Position numbers and translations under genes: made by a program. From Candidatus Latescibacterota bacterium (lineage in GTDB: Bacteria; Latescibacterota; UBA2968; UBA8231): 64,000 nucleotides of DNA. The stretch lies in the NCBI GenBank assembly GCA_965217585.1, contig OZ244561.1:5696001-5760000 (forward strand), in the 5' to 3' direction. Shown piece after piece: positions 29,150 to 39,541 of this stretch (the first letter of the stretch is position 1; each line of letters opens with the position of its first letter). The notes under the pieces were generated by a model. The model did not search any database and was not told where the DNA came from. It saw only the letters and a program-made list of their open reading frames with translations.

Positions 29150-31027
29150 GTGGAAATCCGCCCCTTCGGCCTGTGGTCCAGCCCCCTCTCGCCCGACGAG
29201 TTGGCCAGCGCCACGCGCCTCCGCGATGTGGCTTGGGATGCCGACGGCCGCACCCTCGTTTGGCTGGAGGGCCGGGGACCGCAGGGCGTGCTCGTCTGCC
29301 AGGAGCCGGGGGCCGCCCCGCGCGACCTCAACACCGCGCTCTCGGTGCGTGCTCAAGTCGGCTACGGCGGTGGTGACTTTGCTGTATCCCGCTGCCACGC
29401 GTACTTCGTCGAGCACGGCGGCCGCCTCTACCGCCAGCCGCTAGCCGGCGGCCCAGCCCAGCCGATCACTCCTCAGTTTGGCCACGCCGCGTCTCCTGCG
29501 CCTGCGCCAACAGGGCGTCATCTGGTGTACGTCCACAGTTACGAGGGCTGCGACACGTTGGCCATCGTCGATGTCGCTGGGCGCTTTTGGCCGCAAATTC
29601 TCGCGGAGGGGGCCGACTTCTACATGCAGCCAGCTTGGCACCCCAAAGGAGACCGCTTGGCCTGGATCGAGTGGGATCATCCGCAAATGCCTTGGGACGG
29701 CACCCGCCTAGTGCTGGGCCAACTTGCGCGCAGCCGCCACGGGCTTCCCAGCCTGCGCACAACCGAGGTGCTCGCCGGCGACGCGGACACCGCAATTGCC
29801 CAGCCTTGTTTCTCGCCCGATGGCCGCTATCTGGTCTACGCCTCGGACGAGCGCGGCTACAGCAACCTCTGGTGCCGCGACCTCGCCAGCGGTGCCACGC
29901 GCTGCCTGTACGAGGACGCCAGCGACGTCGCCGGTCCCGCTTGGGCGCAGGGCATGCGGGCGTTTTCGTGGGCCGCCGATAGCCGCACCTTGTATTTCGT
30001 GCGCAGCGAAAACGCCCAGCGCCTAGCGTACGCGCTCGACTTCGCCAGTGGAGCGGTCACAAGGGTCGAGGCGCTGGCCGCCTACACCCACATCGAACAG
30101 CTCGCCGCGGCCCCGCGCGGCAAGGGCTTGGCCTGTATTGCCGCGGCCAGCGCAATCCCCGCTCGCATCGTCGCTGGTACTGCCACCCAAGTAACAGTCC
30201 GCGCTCGCTCCGCCAGCGAGTCGCTTGCCCCGGCCGATCTTTCCACGCCCGAGCCGATTTCTTGGGCCAACGAGGACGCCACGCAAGTCCACGGGCTATA
30301 CTATCCTCCGGCCAGCCGCCGCTTTACTGGCCAAGGCCGACCGCCGCTGATTGTCATGATCCACGGCGGCCCTACCGGCCAAGTCGATACCGGCTTCGAG
30401 GCCACCAATCAGTTTTTTGCCACCCGTGGCTTTGCCGTCCTCGACATTGACTACCGAGGTAGCACCGGCCGCGGCCGGGCGTACATGAGTGCCTTGCGCA
30501 CCCGCTGGGGCATCCTCGATGTCGAAGACGCCATCGGCGGTGCCCAGCACCTCGTCGCCAGCGGCCTCGCCGATCCAGAGCGCCTCGTCATCATGGGCGG
30601 CAGCGCCGGTGGCTACACGGTCTTGCGGACGCTCACCACGCGGCCCGGCTTTTTCCGCGCCGGCATCTGTCTCTACGGCGTGGCCAACCTCTTCACCCTC
30701 GCCGCGGACACCCACAAATTTGAATCCCGCTACCTCGATTCCATGATCGGCCCGCTGCCCGCAGCGGCTGAGGTCTATCGCGATCGCTCGCCGGTCTACG
30801 CCGCCGACCAGCTACGCGACCCGATCGCCCTCTTCCAGGGTACCGACGATCAAGTCGTACCCCCGGCCCAAGCCGAGGAGATCGCGGCCTCGTTGCGCCG
30901 CCGCAACATACCACACGTCTATCATCTGTACGAAGGCGAGGGCCACGGCTGGCGCAAACCCGAGACCGTGCGGGCCTTCTACCAAGCCTGCGAGGCCTTC
31001 CTCCGCCAGCACGTCCTCTTCGCCTAA
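29150..31027 (+). CDS. S9 family peptidase (prolyl oligopeptidase/acylaminoacyl-peptidase-like)
   Basis: HGGP, GGSAGG nucleophile elbow, D..V, EGHG. Confidence 0.92.
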   Translation: MEIRPFGLWSSPLSPDELASATRLRDVAWDADGRTLVWLEGRGPQGVLVCQEPGAAPRDLNTALSVRAQVGYGGGDFAVSRCHAYFVEHGGRLYRQPLAGGPAQPITPQFGHAASPAPAPTGRHLVYVHSYEGCDTLAIVDVAGRFWPQILAEGADFYMQPAWHPKGDRLAWIEWDHPQMPWDGTRLVLGQLARSRHGLPSLRTTEVLAGDADTAIAQPCFSPDGRYLVYASDERGYSNLWCRDLASGATRCLYEDASDVAGPAWAQGMRAFSWAADSRTLYFVRSENAQRLAYALDFASGAVTRVEALAAYTHIEQLAAAPRGKGLACIAAASAIPARIVAGTATQVTVRARSASESLAPADLSTPEPISWANEDATQVHGLYYPPASRRFTGQGRPPLIVMIHGGPTGQVDTGFEATNQFFATRGFAVLDIDYRGSTGRGRAYMSALRTRWGILDVEDAIGGAQHLVASGLADPERLVIMGGSAGGYTVLRTLTTRPGFFRAGICLYGVANLFTLAADTHKFESRYLDSMIGPLPAAAEVYRDRSPVYAADQLRDPIALFQGTDDQVVPPAQAEEIAASLRRRNIPHVYHLYEGEGHGWRKPETVRAFYQACEAFLRQHVLFA

Positions 31028-31048
31028 AGCTCGCCAAAGGAGCATCCC

Positions 31049-32479
31049 TTGCACTACGAAACCGTCATCGGCATGGAAGTCCACGTCGAGTTGCAAACCG
31101 CCTCCAAGATGTTTTGCGCCTGCGCGGCCGATCACTTTCAGGTGGCGGCCAACGCCCATATCTGCCCGGTGTGTACCGGCCAGCCCGGGGCCTTGCCCAC
31201 AATCAACGGCCGCGCCGTCGAGCTGACGATCATGACCGGCATGGCCCTTCATTGCCAAGTCAAACCCCGCAGCGTCTTTGCGCGCAAAAACTACGTCTAT
31301 CCCGACCTGCCCAAGGGCTACCAGATCTCGCAATACGAGCAGCCCTTGTGTGAGAGCGGCTGGATCGAGATCGACGGCGAGAGCGGCTCCAAGAAGATCG
31401 GAGTCGTCCGCGTCCACCTCGAAGAAGACACCGGCAAGCTCCAGCACGCCGGCCACTCCAGCCTGATAGACTACAACCGCGCCGGCGTGCCGCTGATGGA
31501 AATCGTCACCGACTCCTCGCTCCGCTCGGCCGACGAGAGCTATGCGTATTTGACCCAGATCCGCCAGATCGTTCGCTACCTAGGCGCGTCCTCTGGCGAC
31601 ATGGAGAAAGGGGCCATGCGCTGCGAAGCCAACATCTCGATCCGGCCCGCGGGCAGCCGAGAATTGGGCACCAAGGTCGAGGTCAAAAACCTCAACTCCT
31701 TCCGCGCCGTGCGCAGCGCCATCGCCTACGAAGCCGAGCGCCAGCAACACATCGTCGAATCCGGCGGCCACGTCCGCCAAGAGACCATGGGCTGGGACGA
31801 ACGCGCCAACATCACCCGTCCGCAGCGCAGCAAAGAGACCTCGGACGACTATCGCTACTTCCCGGAGCCGGACCTGCTCGTCGCGGACTTAGACGACGAG
31901 TGGATCGCCAGAGTCCACGCCAGCCTGCCCGAGCTGCCCGCCGCCAAGGCCGCGCGCTTTGCCGCCGCCTACAGACTCAACTCACAGGAGATCGCCGCCT
32001 TAATCGAGGACCAAGCCGTAGCCGCGTATTTTGAGGAGGCCGCCCAAGTGCAAGGCGCAGACCCCAAACAGGTGGGCAACTGGATCACCGGGGAAATTTT
32101 CCGCCGCCTCAACGCCGAGGGCCGATCGATTGAAGACGCCGAGGTCCAGCCGACCGCGCTCGTCGAGTTGCTCTCCTTAGTCAAAAAGGGCACGATCAAC
32201 CAAAACGCGGCCCGCGAAGTCTTTGGCCAACTGTGGGAGCAGGGCGGCTCGCCCGCCGAGATTGTCGCCGCGCGCGGCCTCGGGCAAATCTCCGACAGCG
32301 GGGAACTCGACCAAGCGGTAGCCGAGGTAATCGCCGCGCATCCCGACGCCGTCGAAAAAATCAAGGGCGGCAACCACAAAACCGTGCAATTTCTAATGGG
32401 TCAAGTGATGCGGGCGACGCGGGGGAAGGCCAACCCGCAGCTCGTGCAAGAATTGTTGCGCCAGCAGCTAGAGATATAA
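31049..32479 (+). CDS. gatB: Asp-tRNA(Asn)/Glu-tRNA(Gln) amidotransferase subunit B
   Basis: [43 protein letters not shown]. Confidence 0.97.
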   Translation: MHYETVIGMEVHVELQTASKMFCACAADHFQVAANAHICPVCTGQPGALPTINGRAVELTIMTGMALHCQVKPRSVFARKNYVYPDLPKGYQISQYEQPLCESGWIEIDGESGSKKIGVVRVHLEEDTGKLQHAGHSSLIDYNRAGVPLMEIVTDSSLRSADESYAYLTQIRQIVRYLGASSGDMEKGAMRCEANISIRPAGSRELGTKVEVKNLNSFRAVRSAIAYEAERQQHIVESGGHVRQETMGWDERANITRPQRSKETSDDYRYFPEPDLLVADLDDEWIARVHASLPELPAAKAARFAAAYRLNSQEIAALIEDQAVAAYFEEAAQVQGADPKQVGNWITGEIFRRLNAEGRSIEDAEVQPTALVELLSLVKKGTINQNAAREVFGQLWEQGGSPAEIVAARGLGQISDSGELDQAVAEVIAAHPDAVEKIKGGNHKTVQFLMGQVMRATRGKANPQLVQELLRQQLEI

Positions 32480-32525
32480 AGTCGAAGCATCTCTTAGCGC
32501 ACAGCGCGTCTCAACTCCTCGGCGT

Positions 32526-33683
32526 CTACAACGCGAGGTCGCCAATTTTCTTTAACGGCAGGGCCGTTATATCCTGAGCGAGCGGGTACTCCAAGTCGCC
32601 GGGATAGATCACCCACAGGTGCTCAAGCCCTAAATCCTCGATGACGATGCGCATGGATTTCGTCGTGCGCGGGGCGTCAGTGCATTTGAACTCGAAACCC
32701 CAGCGTTTTCCCCGTCGCTGCAACAGCAGATCCAGTTCGGCACCGCGTTGAGTGGCGTAGAAATAAGCTTGGTCCTGACCGTGTGCGAGCAACGTCTGTT
32801 CGAGTGCGAACCCTTCCCAGCTAGCGCCGTAGCGCGGGTGCATGGGCAGTTCCGCCATGTCTTCAATCCCCAGCAGAAAGTGCAGGATACCGCTGTCACG
32901 CAGGTACACCTTCGGGGCCTTCACTATCCGCTTGCCCAAGTTCTCAAACCACGGCGGCAGGACCCGAATCATAAAGGCACCGGCTAGTAGGTCGCGGTAG
33001 TGGTTCACCGCCGTAGCGCTCACATCCATGGAACGCCCCAGTTCCGCGGCGTTCCAAGTTTGCTCGTGGTAGTGCGCCAACATGCGCCAGAAGCGGCCCA
33101 GTGCTTCCGGCGACACCTTGGAACCCAGCCCTGGGATGTCCCGCTCCAGAAACGTGCGCGTGAACGACTGCATCCACCGCTTCCACGCCGCCGCCGACCG
33201 CGCCAGCCACGCACGCGGGAAGCTGCCACGCATCCAGAGCCTGTCCTGGTGCTCCGGCCCCACCTCCTCCAACGAGAAACCACCCACATCCACGAACAGA
33301 ATCCGCCCCGCCAACGTCTCGGAGATGCCTTGGATCAAATCCCAAGAGGCACTGCCGAGCAGCAGAAAGACGGCCTTGCGGTTCGGATCGTCGCACACCG
33401 GGCGCAGCACTTGGAACAGGGCCGGGAGGCGTTGCACCTCATCGATGACGACCAAACCCTCGCTGTTGCGCAACAAGGTTTCCGGCGTTTGCGACAACGC
33501 TTCGCGGACAGCCGCGACTTCCAAGTCGAACACTGTTGATCGCCCCGGCCATGCCGCTGCGACCTGTCGCGCCAACGTCGTCTTGCCGACCTGCCGGGCA
33601 CCGAGCAAGGCCACGGTCGGGGCCTCTTCAAGACCGCTGGCTGCCTCGGAGAGCAGTGCTGAGCGGGGAATAGATTGTTGCAT
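32526..33683 (-). CDS. ATP-binding protein (AAA_14 + DUF4143)
   Basis: GARQVGKT, IDEVQ, LLGSAS, ETLAGRI, KAPKVYLRDSG, ELDL...FEFK. Confidence 0.9.
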   Translation of the reverse strand: MQQSIPRSALLSEAASGLEEAPTVALLGARQVGKTTLARQVAAAWPGRSTVFDLEVAAVREALSQTPETLLRNSEGLVVIDEVQRLPALFQVLRPVCDDPNRKAVFLLLGSASWDLIQGISETLAGRILFVDVGGFSLEEVGPEHQDRLWMRGSFPRAWLARSAAAWKRWMQSFTRTFLERDIPGLGSKVSPEALGRFWRMLAHYHEQTWNAAELGRSMDVSATAVNHYRDLLAGAFMIRVLPPWFENLGKRIVKAPKVYLRDSGILHFLLGIEDMAELPMHPRYGASWEGFALEQTLLAHGQDQAYFYATQRGAELDLLLQRRGKRWGFEFKCTDAPRTTKSMRIVIEDLGLEHLWVIYPGDLEYPLAQDITALPLKKIGDLAL

Positions 33684-33989
33684 ATCGTTTATCTACTATA
33701 GGATTTTCAACAAAAATACTCTATTCCAAAGATGGCGCAATGGTCCGTGGCGACATGCAGCGAGGGCTTGGATTGTGTACCTATACCTGACTTGTGTGAT
33801 ATCGAGGCCCATATCCAGCAGTTCGACGGAGAATAATTCTATCGAATCGCCGTATAATTCCTTTATAGGCCAAGAGATATATCTCTCCCAAGACTGTTCC
33901 TTTGACTAAATAAAGAGATATAACTATCCTCCTAGAGTATAGAGTATCCCCGTCCGAATGAGTGGCATTGAAACCGCAAGGAAATAGGA

Positions 33990-35105
33990 ATGACAGCAGA
34001 ACATATTACAGTGAATCCCGAAAAAGACGCTGAACCTGTCGACGATCTGGATGAGGCCAGTGAGGTCATACCATTTACGTATTCCATTACCTCCTATGGT
34101 GCCGACTATCCTGTTGATTCTATAGTCAAGCGCATGGAGTCAAAGGATATTGTCATCCCGCGATTTAGCCGCGAAGACTCATCTGAGATCGTAGGCTTCC
34201 AACGTGAATATGTCTGGCCTAGATCCAAAGCGGATCGATTCATCGAGTCGCTTTTGCTTGGACTACCGGTGCCGGGCATATTTCTCGTAAAGGAGCAATC
34301 GGGTCGTTTCCTCGTGTTAGACGGTCACCAGCGTCTGTACACCTTGCAGGCATTTTTCAGGGGTATTATCAACGGTCGGGAGTATCGTCTCGATAATGTC
34401 CAAGATCGTTTTGCCAAAAAAAGTTACTCCGATCTTGACGTTGAAGATCGACGTCGGCTCGACGACAGCATTATCCATGCAACTATCGTCAGACAAGATG
34501 AGCCGAGTGAGGACCAGAGTAGCATCTACGCAATTTTTGAACGCCTCAACACGGGTGGAGTGAATCTACAACCTCAAGAGATTCGAGTAGCGCTTTATCA
34601 CGGTGAGCTAGTACGCGTGCTTGGGAAACTAAACGATCACTGTGCTTGGCGGGAACTCTTTGGGAAAAAATCGTTCCGCCTGAAAGATATGGAACTCATA
34701 TTGCGCTTTTTTGCATTGTTTTACCGAGCAGAATCGTACCAACGGCCGATGAAGGACTTTCTAAATCGATACATGGCTGGCAATAGAAACCTAAAACGGC
34801 AATCGGAAGGGGAGTTGTCGGAAATTTTTGAGTCCGCGACCAACCTTCTTCTGGGAACGGTAGGTCCTCGGGCCTTTCGGCCATTGCGATCCGTCAACGC
34901 TGCCGCTGTCGATTCAATACTCACAGGTGTTGCCAAGCGACTGCAGAAAGGGCCAGTTAAGAACCGCAAAGCGTTTCTCAAGAGTTATGACGACTTACTT
35001 CAAGATCCAAACTATCTAGATGCGATCGAGACGGGAACGTCTCAAGAAACTAATGTCCAGAGGCGACTCCAGCTAGCAAAACAAACCTTTGCCGACGTGC
35101 CATGA
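33990..35105 (+). CDS. DUF262 (ParB/Srx-like, GmrS-type) domain protein
   Basis: FQREYVW, FIESLLLGLPVP, LDGHQRL, IFERLNTGG; lower GC. Confidence 0.9.
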   Translation: MTAEHITVNPEKDAEPVDDLDEASEVIPFTYSITSYGADYPVDSIVKRMESKDIVIPRFSREDSSEIVGFQREYVWPRSKADRFIESLLLGLPVPGIFLVKEQSGRFLVLDGHQRLYTLQAFFRGIINGREYRLDNVQDRFAKKSYSDLDVEDRRRLDDSIIHATIVRQDEPSEDQSSIYAIFERLNTGGVNLQPQEIRVALYHGELVRVLGKLNDHCAWRELFGKKSFRLKDMELILRFFALFYRAESYQRPMKDFLNRYMAGNRNLKRQSEGELSEIFESATNLLLGTVGPRAFRPLRSVNAAAVDSILTGVAKRLQKGPVKNRKAFLKSYDDLLQDPNYLDAIETGTSQETNVQRRLQLAKQTFADVP

Positions 35106-35578
35106 ATGGCAAGGCCGTTGTAGCTGCACTTAGGCAAAGGCTGGACGCAACATTCGAGCGTATAGGGCAGGTGAGTGATGATGTTGAATCAGAATTACTG
35201 TCCGATTTTGCACGATACCTCTGCGTTTTGGTATCTGGCTTCCTCGAACAGTCTGTCGTGGAGCTCGTTCTAGAGCATGTGCGGCGCAACTCAAATCAGA
35301 CCGTGCAACGCCACATCGAAGCGCGATTACGGCGGCAGTTTGCGAACGCAAACTCGCAAAGGCTTATTGACTTAATGAGCACGTTTAACCCAGCTTGGGG
35401 AACCGACTTGCAAAATTTTCTAGACGACGAATACAAGGACGCTGTAGATAGCGTAGTTAATTTACGCAACCAGATATCTCATGGTGTCCCCGTAGGGGTT
35501 ACGATGACGAGGATTAAAGACTATTACGTACCCGTGAAAAAGGTAGTGGATCACATTGCGGAGTTGTGTGCCCCGTAG
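35102..35578 (+). CDS. HEPN-domain protein (RiboL-PSP/MAE_28990-like)
   Basis: ATGA overlap with the DUF262 gene; SGFLEQ; RNQISHG Rx4H motif. Confidence 0.82.
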   Translation: MNGKAVVAALRQRLDATFERIGQVSDDVESELLSDFARYLCVLVSGFLEQSVVELVLEHVRRNSNQTVQRHIEARLRRQFANANSQRLIDLMSTFNPAWGTDLQNFLDDEYKDAVDSVVNLRNQISHGVPVGVTMTRIKDYYVPVKKVVDHIAELCAP

Positions 35579-35609
35579 CTAACATTTATAGATGACACGC
35601 CGTAGCTCT

Positions 35610-35733
35610 AAAAAAATGACCCCCCCGACTACTCCGTTGCCGGAGAGAGCACCCTTGGCACTCTTGTCATCAGGGGGGAACCTTTGAATGTCGGGCTGGG
35701 CGAACCATATCTAGCCCGCTAGGGCCACCCAAC
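35610..35733 (-). ncRNA. Putative novel structured small RNA (~125 nt)
   Basis: Minus strand: upstream promoter, hairpin with UUCG loop, three-way junction with GCAA loop and G-U pairs, terminal U7 tract. Confidence 0.55.
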
Positions 35734-35739
35734 AATACC

Positions 35740-35769
35740 ATTATACGTCAAGCAAGAATCTGGAGTCAA
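35740..35769 (-). promoter_or_regulatory. Sigma70 promoter for the putative sRNA
   Basis: Minus strand TTGACT(35769-64)-N18-TATAAT(35745-40). Confidence 0.6.
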
Positions 35770-35884
35770 GAAGGGCGTAGATAAGAAAAATAGATTTGTA
35801 GAACCACGCAGCCGTAGTGCTCAATTACCCTCCCAAGCCGCCAACTCCTTAAGAATAAAGTTAGCAAGAATATAGGGACGGCTT

Positions 35885-36126
35885 GGCAAGCTCTTCAAAG
35901 CCTTACTAACGGCTCACGTGTCCGCTTGGCAAACATACGCCACACCGCACGCCTCTCAACGCACCAACGCCAAGCGCCCCACCGCGACAAACGAATCCGC
36001 CACCAAGCGATAAAAGTAAATCCCCGAAGCCACCGCCCGCCCACCTCGATCGCGCCCATCCCAGACAAACCGATAGCGGCCAGCCGCTAACGGCCCGTCC
36101 ACGAGGTGGCGCACAGGCTGCCCAAC
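35885..36126. repeat. Direct repeat copy 1 (~242 bp): 3' end of the ygjP-like gene plus 3' end of the M6 protease gene
   Basis: Near-identical to 47024-47266 (GGCAAGCTCTTCAAAGCC...CGGCCCGTCCAC...CCCAAC). Confidence 0.92.
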
Positions 36127-36438
36127 AACAGAAAACGAGCCGAATTTTCCGGGCGATCTACTAGAGGCCGCAAGACGGAAAACAGCTCGGGCAGCCGTTG
36201 TATTTCATCTAGTACGACGAGCCCGTCTAGTGTGCCGAGGGTCTGTTCAGGGGTAGAAAGAGCCGTGCGATCTGGTGCCCGATCAAGGTAGAAGTAGCGT
36301 ACAGGCTGGCAACGGGAGGCAATTAGGCTGGCAAGGGTCGTCTTCCCCGTCTGGCGTGCACCTAACAAATAAGGTAATAGGGGCCTCGTCGAGGCACTCT
36401 TCGATCTGGCTGAACAGGTGAGGCCGCTGAATTCGCAT
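36120..36438 (-). pseudogene. Frameshifted, truncated AAA_14/DUF4143 ATPase paralog
   Basis: MRIQRPHLFSQIEECLDEAP.. in one frame, LLGARQTGKTT...LDEIQRLP...RFLLLGS in another; ends at the repeat junction. Confidence 0.8.
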
Positions 36439-36456
36439 CTTAGAATGTAGCATATA

Positions 36457-36485
36457 TTGACAAGCAATCCGGCATATGTTATAAT
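36457..36485 (+). promoter_or_regulatory. Consensus sigma70 promoter of the R-M/Argonaute operon (near-leaderless transcript)
   Basis: TTGACA-N17-TATAAT exact consensus, 9 nt before ATG 36495; overlapping ATATATT/AATATAT inverted repeat. Confidence 0.8.
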
Positions 36486-36494
36486 ATATCAATT

Positions 36495-38363
36495 ATGACA
36501 GACATAACAGAATTATACGATATCCCGGCCGTGTTACGCGCCATCCGCTCCCGCCTCGACCTCACTCAAGAGCAGCTCGCCGAGCGGATCGGCGTCTCCT
36601 TCGCTAGCATCAACCGTTGGGAGGGCGGCGCGATCAAGCCGCAGAAGGCAGCACAGGAGGCCATCGCCGCACTCGCTATCCAAGCGGGCGTCGATATAAT
36701 GGAGTTGGCTGCCGAGCCAACCGAAGCCGCCGTGCGCGTGACGCGGCGACGGAAAGGCAAAGGCCGTGCGGCCGTGCCTTCGACCAAGCCGATGGAGCAG
36801 ATGCTGTGGGATGCGGCCTGCTCCATCCGCGGCGAGAAGGACGCGGCAAAATTCAAGGATTACCTGCTGCCGCTCCTATTCCTCAAGCGGCTGTCCGATG
36901 TGTTCGACGACGAGATCGAACGGCTAGTCGAGGAATACGGCGAACGAGACATCGCGCTGGAAATCGCCGAGGGCGATCACGCACTGTTGCGTTTCTACCT
37001 GCCCCCGGAAGCGCGCTGGGGCGTCATCAGCGGTCGCGACAGTTATGAGTGGCCGCTCGACGACCAAGGGCGGAGCACGCAGCCGAGGGACATCGGCGAG
37101 CATCTGACAAAGGCGGTGCGGGCGGTCGCGCGGCAGAATCCCTCGCTTTCGGGCGTTATCGACTTTGTCGATTTCGCCTCCGAGCGCAATGGCGAGCGCG
37201 ACATCAACCCGGCCAAGCTCGCCGCAGTCATCGAGACCTTTTCAGATCCCCGCTATAGGCTCGGCCTCGCCGACGTGCAACCCGACTTCCTTGGCCGCGC
37301 CTACGAGTATCTGCTGCGCAAGTTCGCCGAAGGTTCCGGCCAGAGCGCGGGCGAGTTCTTCACCCCTACCGAGGTCGGTTTCCTCATGGCGCACATCATG
37401 CGCCCGAGGCCCGGCGAGGATTGCCACGACTACGCCTGCGGCTCGGCTGGCCTGCTGGTCAAGCTCGAACTCGTCGCCCGCGAACTCGACCCCACTAGCC
37501 GCGTGCCGCTCAAGCTCTACGGCCAGGAACTGCAAGCCGAGAGCTACGCCGTCGCCCAAATGAACGGGATCATCCACGACATGGAGGTGGAGATCGAACG
37601 CGGCGACACCATGATCAACCCCAAGTTCAAGACCGCGACCGGCCAGATCGCCACCCATGACATCGTGGTGGCCAATCCCATGTGGAATCAGCCGTTTAGC
37701 CCGGAACTCTTCGCCAATGACCCATTCGACCGCTTCCGCACCCAAGGTGGCGTCACCACAGGCAAGGGCGACTGGGCTTGGCTCCAGCACACGCTCGCCT
37801 GCCTGAACGAGCGCGGGCGGGCTGCGGTGGTGCTCGACACTGGTGCAGTGACGCGAGGCTCGGGTGCCAAGCACGAGGACCGAGAGCGCAACATCCGCAA
37901 ATGGTTCGTGGACCGCGACCTAATTGACGGGGTGATTCTATTGCCAGACAACCTTTTCTATAACACCAGCGCCGCCGGCGTAATCATGGTGCTGTCGAAA
38001 CGCAAGCCAGAGGCGCGGCAGGACAAGATCGTATTGCTCAACGCCAGTCGGCGCGTGGGCAAGGGACGGCCCAAGAATTTCATCCTGGAGGAGGATATTC
38101 GTCTGATTGCGGCGGCGTTTTTGAAGGGGGAGCCGGTGGAGGGGGAGGTTGCGGTGATTACGCGGGAGCAGGCGGAGGAAGCGGATTATAACTTGAGTCC
38201 GAGCCGATGGGTTTTAGGACTAGAAAACAAGGAAGTGTCTTCTGTCAGCGACCTAATTAACGAACTCGCGACGTTGTCGAGGGAACAAGCCGAGCATGAC
38301 GAAAAGCTACTCACACTCTTGAAGCCGCTAACTGATGGAAAGCTCAATGTCGTCGCCGATTGA
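36495..38363 (+). CDS. hsdM: Type I R-M methyltransferase subunit with N-terminal XRE-family HTH
   Basis: [24 protein letters not shown]; [25 protein letters not shown] (motif I), ANPMW (motif IV variant). Confidence 0.92.
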   Translation: MTDITELYDIPAVLRAIRSRLDLTQEQLAERIGVSFASINRWEGGAIKPQKAAQEAIAALAIQAGVDIMELAAEPTEAAVRVTRRRKGKGRAAVPSTKPMEQMLWDAACSIRGEKDAAKFKDYLLPLLFLKRLSDVFDDEIERLVEEYGERDIALEIAEGDHALLRFYLPPEARWGVISGRDSYEWPLDDQGRSTQPRDIGEHLTKAVRAVARQNPSLSGVIDFVDFASERNGERDINPAKLAAVIETFSDPRYRLGLADVQPDFLGRAYEYLLRKFAEGSGQSAGEFFTPTEVGFLMAHIMRPRPGEDCHDYACGSAGLLVKLELVARELDPTSRVPLKLYGQELQAESYAVAQMNGIIHDMEVEIERGDTMINPKFKTATGQIATHDIVVANPMWNQPFSPELFANDPFDRFRTQGGVTTGKGDWAWLQHTLACLNERGRAAVVLDTGAVTRGSGAKHEDRERNIRKWFVDRDLIDGVILLPDNLFYNTSAAGVIMVLSKRKPEARQDKIVLLNASRRVGKGRPKNFILEEDIRLIAAAFLKGEPVEGEVAVITREQAEEADYNLSPSRWVLGLENKEVSSVSDLINELATLSREQAEHDEKLLTLLKPLTDGKLNVVAD

Positions 38364-39537
38364 ATGGGCACAGTGTCGCTTGGGTGAAGTAACGGTTCCC
38401 ACATCAACGTGGAGCCCTCGCCGCGATCCCCGTCCATCAATCCGTTACATCGACGTTTCGGCCATTTCGCGGGATGAACTCAGGATCGTCTCCGAGACAA
38501 CATACTCGGCGGACAATGCCCCGAGCCGGGCGCGCAAAATCGTCGAGACCGGAGACACGATTTTCGCGACGGTCCGCCCCACGCTACGGCGGATTGCACA
38601 GATACCGACGTCTCTGGATGGTGAAATAGTCTCTACGGCCTTTTGTGTCCTGCGACCCGACCCCCAAGCGATTGACGCGGATTTTCTCTACTTCGCCACA
38701 CAGCTTGAGTCCGTGATGGAGGGCATCGCCTCAATGGAGTCGGGGGCAAGCTATCCGGCGGTGCGGGATGTTGACGTTCTGGATCAAGTAGTTCCACTCC
38801 CACCTTTGCCTGAGCAACGGGAAATTGCTGCTGTCCTCAATACCATACGCAGAGCTTTGCTTCATCAAACCCAATGTGAAGCGAATGCGACGGCTCTCAA
38901 GCGCGCCGCGATGCAGGAGCTATTTACGCACGGTCTGCGGGGCGAGGCGCGGAAGGAAACCGAGATTGGGCCTGTGCCGGAGAGTTGGTCGCTGGTTCCG
39001 TTTGCTAAAACCGCTTTGCTCCAGCGAGGCTTTGATCTATCGGTATCCCATAGACGCAATGGAGACATTCCCGTGTTTGGCTCAAATGGGATCGTAGGAT
39101 ACCACGATCAGCAGCCAGCCTGTATTCCCATTCCTGGCGTGATGGTTGGTCGAAGTGGAAGCGTCGGAAAGGTATCGTTTTCAGCAGGTCCATACTGGCC
39201 ACTCAATACGACCTTGTTTGCCACTGACTTTTTTGGCAACGATGAAAGTTTTATTGCTTACTTTCTCGATCAATTCGACTTCTCTAGGTTTTCTTCAGGT
39301 GTAAGTGTTCCCACCCTCAACAGAAATTCTTTCGCTAACGTCCCCGTTGCAGTGCCACCTGTCGACGAACAACTCGAGATCGTCGCCATCCTCGACGCCA
39401 TTGACCGCAAAATTGACCTGCACCGAAGGAAACGGGTGGTGCTCGACGATTTGTTTAAGGCGCTGCTGCACAAGCTGATGACGAGAAGGATTCTGGTTGC
39501 CGATCTCGATTTATCCTATGACTACACAAGGAAGTAA
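38347..39537 (+). CDS. hsdS: Type I R-M specificity subunit
   Basis: Two TRDs, each followed by PPL.EQ..I..L helices; [12 protein letters not shown]; KALLHKLMT. Confidence 0.92.
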   Translation: MSSPIEWAQCRLGEVTVPTSTWSPRRDPRPSIRYIDVSAISRDELRIVSETTYSADNAPSRARKIVETGDTIFATVRPTLRRIAQIPTSLDGEIVSTAFCVLRPDPQAIDADFLYFATQLESVMEGIASMESGASYPAVRDVDVLDQVVPLPPLPEQREIAAVLNTIRRALLHQTQCEANATALKRAAMQELFTHGLRGEARKETEIGPVPESWSLVPFAKTALLQRGFDLSVSHRRNGDIPVFGSNGIVGYHDQQPACIPIPGVMVGRSGSVGKVSFSAGPYWPLNTTLFATDFFGNDESFIAYFLDQFDFSRFSSGVSVPTLNRNSFANVPVAVPPVDEQLEIVAILDAIDRKIDLHRRKRVVLDDLFKALLHKLMTRRILVADLDLSYDYTRK

Positions 39538-39541
39538 GTAA

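Noticed and set aside
35625-35680. Hammerhead ribozyme (CUGAUGA) or SAM-I riboswitch (AAGAG...GGCAAC) in the putative sRNA
   Set aside because: No GAAA core after the stem, SAM-I P1/P3 elements are incomplete, and there is no downstream same-strand gene
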